NCBI GenBank assembly: GCA_951406725.2
Contig: OX597815.1
Coordinates: 98,394,001 to 98,458,000 of the forward strand
Source: Octopus vulgaris
Taxonomy: Eukaryota
DNA: 64,000 nucleotides
Direction: 5' to 3'
Shown here: positions 57,656-64,000 of the stretch, one piece after another
Position numbering within the stretch: position 1 is the first letter of the stretch
Layout of the letters: each line of letters begins with the position of its first letter
Program-made: the position numbers and the translations under genes
Notes under the pieces: generated by a model
Databases searched by the model: none
What the model was told of the DNA's origin: nothing
What the model saw: the letters and a program-made list of their open reading frames with translations, nothing else

Positions 57656-58649
57656 ATATGAAATTGAAATTATCGTCTATTCCCATGCAGTCATCGAATT
57701 TTTTACAAGTCTCCCACAGTCAAATAAACTGAAACCAGTCGTTATTGTTACTGTCGTCGTCGTCGTCCTCGTTGTAAGTGTGATTATTGTTTATCTCCAA
57801 GCCAGTCTCAATCGAGTAAATTAATAATCAAATCAAAATCACAGACAAAAACTGTGCGGAATCATTTTGTATAACTTGTGTGGTCGATGTAATTGCCTGG
57901 CTTTTTCCGACCTTTTGAGCAAACTGCTCTACACATCTCTAGCATTCCTTTTCCTAATGTGATTCTCTTCACACTATTTTTCACTACGATATCATATCAA
58001 CTGCACTTATTTCACTCCTCTTCAAATAAGTGGTATCATTTTGCTGATAAGATTTAAAGTAGCGTTTGTATCTTAGCGCTGGCTTCTAAAATGGTCTTTT
58101 CCCAGAATATAGTTATGTATATAGTAGATTATATTGAAATTTATTCATCTTCCTTACAAACACTATTTCGTATTCCTGTGTGCGTTTCATTGTAAAATAG
58201 CTTCTATGCTTACAAGATCGCAACTCATCTTTTATAGCCTCTCCAAATTTATGAAGAATTTGCCAAAAAGGCTACCATTATTCACAGTCATAAAACATTA
58301 GGTGTAAAATAAACATTAGATTTGTGTGGATATTTTCGTGTAATTTCTGAAACACATTTAATACGGTAATACAGATTTTAATTTACCGAAAGATATACAT
58401 AAAGTCGTGACCCAAAATTCCCCCTCCTGTTAAAAAACAAATATATTTTTCAAATATTTAGAGTATTGATGATCCATAGACAGCTTTCCAGATGATTGAA
58501 CGTCCATGAGAACTACCTCAAGGGCACAAGTGTCTGTGGAATGCTTAGTCACTTCAACGTTAATTTCATTCTATTGATCGGATCAATTAGAACACTCGTC
58601 ACCGTAATCGATGGAGTCTCAGTACAAACTGTACCTGGACACACTCACA

Positions 58650-58707
<58 letters not shown>

Positions 58708-58956
58708 TACACACATATATGTATATATACAGAGTACATAAAGTGTATAAAATAGCATGTAAGGAGTCTAATCAAGGTCTCCTCTCTGTGTATAAAAGTA
58801 TTTTATACATTTTATATTTTTAGAAATATGTTGTCTTATGACTGTTGTTTATGCATGCTAACCACTGGTACGAAATTATTTTAATTTTTTATCCTCATAT
58901 TTCCGAGATACATACAGAGCATGTATTTCATATGTATGCACTCAGACAAACATACA

Positions 58957-58992
<36 letters not shown>

Positions 58993-59035
58993 TAAAAACG
59001 GTAAGATAACAAAAGAAAGAAAGAGACCTCAATAT

Positions 59036-59071
<36 letters not shown>

Positions 59072-59548
59072 TACATATATATATAGATATATGCACAATG
59101 AGAGAGAGAGAGAGAGGGAGAAAAGGTGAGAGAGGGAGAGAGAATGGAGAAGAGAGAAGGGGAAGAGAGAGAGAGAAAAGATTGAAGTGTACTTCTGAAA
59201 TTCGATATGTCTGAGACCCTTTGACGTATATCGGTGAAGAATGTAAGGTCGAATTGCTGAAGGTTAGTCCGATGTAATTATTACACCTCTGCATCAACAG
59301 AATCAATTCGAGAATTCTGCTAATAATTATATCCGTAATCTACTCCCAAAACACTTCAGTTGCTCTACTTTACATCGCTTGCAAACTTATATGTTCTATG
59401 ATAATCAAAGTGCAACAACCTCCACAATAACCAGCCTTCAATTTGATTTTCCGTTCCTAGGTTAATCGGAAACAGATTGCCATGCTACACATAAACCTTC
59501 TCGGTAGTTCAATTATTTGGTGAAAAAATTCCACGAAAGCAACTTAAA

Positions 59549-59577
59549 CCGTCCAAAGGACGGGTGCGTTTGCTAGT
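59549..59577 (+). mobile_element. Canonical Helitron 3' terminus
   Basis: Hairpin ccgtcc-aaa-ggacgg, 9-nt spacer, CTAG followed by T; 5' end not located. Confidence 0.7.
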
Positions 59578-60363
59578 ATAATATAATATAATAAAATATA
59601 CCCACAAACACACAGAGGAAGAAAGACAGACAGAAAAGATGGGCAGATAGATATGAATACAGGCAGAAAATATTTATCTAATATACATATAGATGTGTGT
59701 TTGTTTATTTCCGTATAGTTATATCAGTTGTGTATTTTAATTACTTAAGCATCTCTCTTTAGTATACAAACAATAGTGTCAACTCTTCTCATATACTCCT
59801 TTGTTCTATATTAACTGAAGCATAACTAGATTCAACGGCTTCCTATTTACCAAATTATAAACACCTGTTCCTCAAAATTACTTAAGAAACTAATTGACTG
59901 TTTAAGCATTACTTCGACATCTTCGCTGCCGTCGTCATAATGGTCATCTTCGTTATCATCATCATAATCGTCATCGTCATCATCAAAGTGATCATCAGTG
60001 TTTCATCACCACCACCATCTACAGCCTGAGAATCTACCAGATTATCATCATGATCATCGGCATCATGATTATCGTCATTTTCATCTTCAACGCAAAATGT
60101 CATTAAAACTTCTGATAATGAGATTTTGCGCATAAATTAGCACACAGAATAAAAACTCGATATTCCACAAACATATCTCTACTGTTATATATAACTTCCC
60201 GTGTATATTTACACACTCAAACACGCACGTACACACATACGTATATGTAAGTAGTTAGATTGAAAGATAGATAAATAGATAGATAAATATTAATATATGC
60301 ATATATACATATGTACACAAAAATATAAATATATTAATATATATGCCCATATAAAAACATGTA

Positions 60364-60394
<31 letters not shown>

Positions 60395-60403
60395 GTATGT
60401 ATG

Positions 60404-60438
<35 letters not shown>

Positions 60439-60447
60439 GTATGTATG

Positions 60448-60478
<31 letters not shown>

Positions 60479-60499
60479 ATATATATATATTAAATATAT

Positions 60500-60730
60500 G
60501 TCCCAAAATTGATTAAAGAGGAAAAGGATCCCATCACCTTTAAACGGTGTCTGGACAGATTTCTTCAAGGAATACCAGATAAGCCACCCATACCTGGATA
60601 CAATTCACTCAACAAGAAGTCACCACATGAATGGACCATAAGCAAAACTTGACTTAAAAAGGATTTAGATAATCCTATCAGGTGGTGCTATTAAGATAGA
60701 CATGGCCTGGACCAATCTTTGGTCGAAACA
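60500..60730 (+). mobile_element. CR1-type LINE extreme 3' end
   Basis: [33 protein letters not shown] (FK..LD.FL..IPD.P motif). Confidence 0.7.
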
Positions 60731-60733
60731 TAC

Positions 60734-60798
<65 letters not shown>

Positions 60799-61021
60799 GC
60801 TCCAACAATATTACTTGAATTTTGAAATTCAAGACTCCATGTAGGGGTATTTGTGCCTAATATTCCGGTCGTGTATGCAGACAACGCAACTCAGCTAACT
60901 GAAGATATCCTCTCTTGGTAATTCAGACATGTACTCTGTATAAAGGCCCTTTCTACTGTATTTCGGAGTACAGATTCCAAGTTAGGTGAACAGATTATAA
61001 ATAAGTAATAAATATGTCAAA

Positions 61022-61106
61022 TCATTACGGCCGTTTCAAGCGGCTCTATTTCATTGATTAATGAAAATATTACATCAATTTGAAAGAATCCGTCCTCTTC
61101 AGATGA
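61022..61106 (-). ncRNA. Type-I hammerhead ribozyme with extended helix II (intact core, GUA site)
   Basis: Minus strand: tcat-CTGAAGA-[58-nt imperfect stem-loop]-GAAA-CGGCC-GTA-atga; helix III is the perfect palindrome ACGGCCGT. Confidence 0.75.
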
Positions 61107-61151
61107 AAGCATAGACTTCAAGCATAAGGGGCAAACTGTTTATATATATAT

Positions 61152-61332
61152 AGTTAATCCAAACAAGAAAGCACAAAAAAACACAACAACGCGAGGACGT
61201 GGAACAAATATAGTATTATTGGACGCTCAAGAATGAAGGAAAGAAGGAGGGTTTAACGTTTCGAGCGGAGCTCTTCGTCGGAAACATAGGAGAAGGAAAG
61301 ATCCAGAGAAGGGAAGACAGAGGAAAAAAAAA
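61152..61332 (-). mobile_element. HHR-bearing mini-element family 1, copy C (HHR 61251-61285, core CCGACGA)
   Basis: Minus strand: gttt-CCGACGA-A-GAGCtccGCTC-GAAACGTT-aaac; flanks match copy B. Confidence 0.8.
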
Positions 61333-61468
61333 GTATATATATATATACGCATATGCGTTTGTATGTATATAAATACACACTCAGATATACATACAATATG
61401 TATATATATGTGTAAAAATATGTAAGTATATATATACATAACACACACAAACACACACACACACACAT

Positions 61469-61503
<35 letters not shown>

Positions 61504-62442
61504 CTTAGATAGATATACATTTATGCATATGTGTGTATGTATGACATAGATCCAGGGATAGACAGAATAAATACATAGATAAGGAAATATTAGCATATGT
61601 ATATGAATGTTCATATACCTACACTTAAAACTAGTCCACTATCCTACAAACGCTTAACTCATATTTAAGCACAACATTCAAACATACACTCCAAAATGCA
61701 TGCAAATACACACACACGAACACGCAGACACACTCACACAGATATTCATGCACACAGATACACACAAGCATACACAGGCATATATTTACTAATAGATTAA
61801 TGTATAAATTAGTGACAATTCACCTATATTCTTTCTATATTTGTATCCTGTCAATTATGGATGTCGTGACATATTTGTGACACTTTGAAATTAAATAGCA
61901 ATTGAAACGTATATTACGGCGTACATGGAAATGTTTACAATACCTACGATTCATTATATTTTATTATACTCAACTGTCAACTGTGAAGTAAAAACAAATT
62001 ATTAACGATAGTATTTGAGCGAAAGTGTGATTAAGAGACTGAATGAGTAAAAGGAAGAGAAAGAGAGTGAGGAATGTCACTGGGAGAGACAAAAAGCATA
62101 AGTTATTAAATTGTATGTTCCACAATCGTTCAATATCAATAAAGGTTACTTGACGTGCCATGCACCTTGTTAGAGTTGTGCCTTCGTGTATTCAGTACGA
62201 TGGAAATCTTAGAATTGTTCTTTCAACAGCCGACAGTAAGCCTTATATTTGTTGGCACTAATATACGTGCCATACGAGACCCTTTTGCTTTTACCGTACC
62301 TTTTATTATGTCTCTTTCTCCTGACGAGTCATGGTAATGACTTAATCTTTATGTCTCTGTATTTCTCTAGTATATCATCAATGATGATGATGATGATGAT
62401 GATAATCATGATGACGACGACGACAAAACAACAGCAACAATA

Positions 62443-62760
62443 ATTTGGCCTTGACAAATGTGCAAAAGCTATCTTCATCGGAGGGAAGCTTTCAAAACGA
62501 TCCAACGTTGAATTTGGTCAACAAACCATAAGCAGTTAGAAGCAGAGGAAGGTTATAAATACTTGTGGGTATATGAAGGCTATGGAATGATGGAAAAGGT
62601 CAGAAAAGAATACTATTGCAAAGTAAGAGATATACTCTTGCTAAACACAGGGAATGCGATAGAGGCAAGTAAAACTTAAGCCATACCGCTCATAACTTAA
62701 CCTTTCAATATATTTAACTGGTCAAGTGCTGAAATCTGTAAATTTGATTAGCAAAAATTC
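62443..62760 (+). mobile_element. Decayed R4/Dong-type LINE fragment (RT thumb region)
   Basis: FGLDKCAKAIFIGGKL, EEGYKYL, KVRKEYYCKVRDIL parallel FGLEKCAKV..KEYYRRVRSIL of the 4763-7606 element. Confidence 0.75.
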
Positions 62761-63288
62761 GGAAATATAAGGATATCGATATGTAATTTAGACAAAATTG
62801 GATGTTATAAAATTACTACTAAGGTAGCCAGTAAGATGAAGAGATTGTTGGAGACATTTATCCTCGTGGTATTTGGCTCGCTTGTTACAACACCTAAATA
62901 GCTACGCAATAGATTGAAGGATACTGGAAATGGAACCTGCATTTTCGACGTGCAAAAATTGCAATCCTGTATTCCGTAAGAATCCTAAAAATGATTTCAA
63001 AATTTGAAGAGCCTTTAGAAAGACTTGAAGAGATACAATAGAATATGATATACGCCAAACGGAGGATTTAAAATGACGTGAAGGATAGAGCAAAATTTTA
63101 TACATAAACGAGAAATAAATTTAAATACTGATAAAAAGAGGAATCAGTTTGGAATATTTGTACAGAATCTATAATAAATCACACAATACCTAAAACAAGA
63201 TGTATTTAGAACGAGAATAAAATGTAAAATATAGCGTGATCCCTTCACCACCCGTCCCAGAAACAGCTGGCAAAGTCGCGTCAGTGTA

Positions 63289-63498
63289 TAGTAATCCCTC
63301 GACTATCGCAGGTGTTACGTTTCAAACCCCGCCTACGATAGGTGAAAATCCTCGAAGTAGAAACTGTACTGTATATTTTTAAAAATAATTTTTATACATT
63401 TATTTTATTATAAATGCAAAGCAACACCGTGGAGGAATCGACGTAAGCTTAAGTAATAAACCGCGATAGGTGAACCGCGATATGGCAAGGGATTACTG
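63289..63498. mobile_element. pogo/Tigger-like MITE (~210 bp)
   Basis: TIRs (t)agtaatccctcgactatcgc / gcgatatggcaagggattactg, TA on both sides; internal repeat cgataggtgaa. Confidence 0.8.
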
Positions 63499-64000
63499 TA
63501 CCCTGCATTCTTATCAGACCACCATTGCTTGTGCTGACGTCTCATACAACCCCTTAGACATTTTTGAGTGTAGAGGGGTAAAAAGCAACATCAAACTTCA
63601 AGATATTTCATTTCAATATATTTGTATTGTTTTATCATCAATTTGTTTTTTTGTATGAATCCTATATTTCAACAGCAATTGCACTGCAGCTCAGTCATTT
63701 TGTATACAAAGGTTATAGCCGTTGCACCACGAAATGTTATTCTGCCTGCCTGTTATTTGGTTTTCGAAGGTTGCTTAAGCGAACTTCATCGTCCTCATTA
63801 ATGTTTTCCTCATTATCCTGAGGAAGAACATTTTTATTGTTCTGAGAAGGTTGCTCCTCCACTTATATTTTTCTGGTTTTGTGCTGTTTCTTGATGTCAT
63901 TGTGTGTTTCGCTTTTCTACTTTTTTTTACTTATTTAGACTACTTTTTCTTCGTCACCATCAAGTTCACTCCTCATTAAAGAAGGAAATGGAGCTGCTAT

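Noticed and set aside
63540-64000. Possible N-terminal R4/Dong remnant on the minus strand
   Set aside because: Only compositional resemblance; no diagnostic motif.

Overview
AT-rich, microsatellite-saturated animal DNA with no recognisable host protein-coding gene. The repeat families resemble those of octopus/cephalopod genomes (inference). Almost all long ORFs in the track are translations of (CA)n/(TA)n/(TAA)n/(GATA)n repeats. Real coding remnants all come from mobile elements: two tandem R4/Dong-type RLE-LINEs sitting in (TAA)n tracts plus a third fragment, CR1-type LINE fragments, a near-complete D,D34D mariner, a decayed mariner, a D,D37D (maT) element, a pogo/Tigger-like MITE, Helitron remnants including 23-aa STPR repeats, and many tRNA-derived SINEs. 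The most notable signal is non-coding. At least ten type-I hammerhead-ribozyme (HHR) motifs from about six sequence families lie in short Penelope-pLTR/retrozyme-like elements. Four have an intact catalytic core, and two of those sit at the outer ends of a ~1.6-kb foldback later interrupted by a mariner. All folds were made by eye; catalytic activity is untested.
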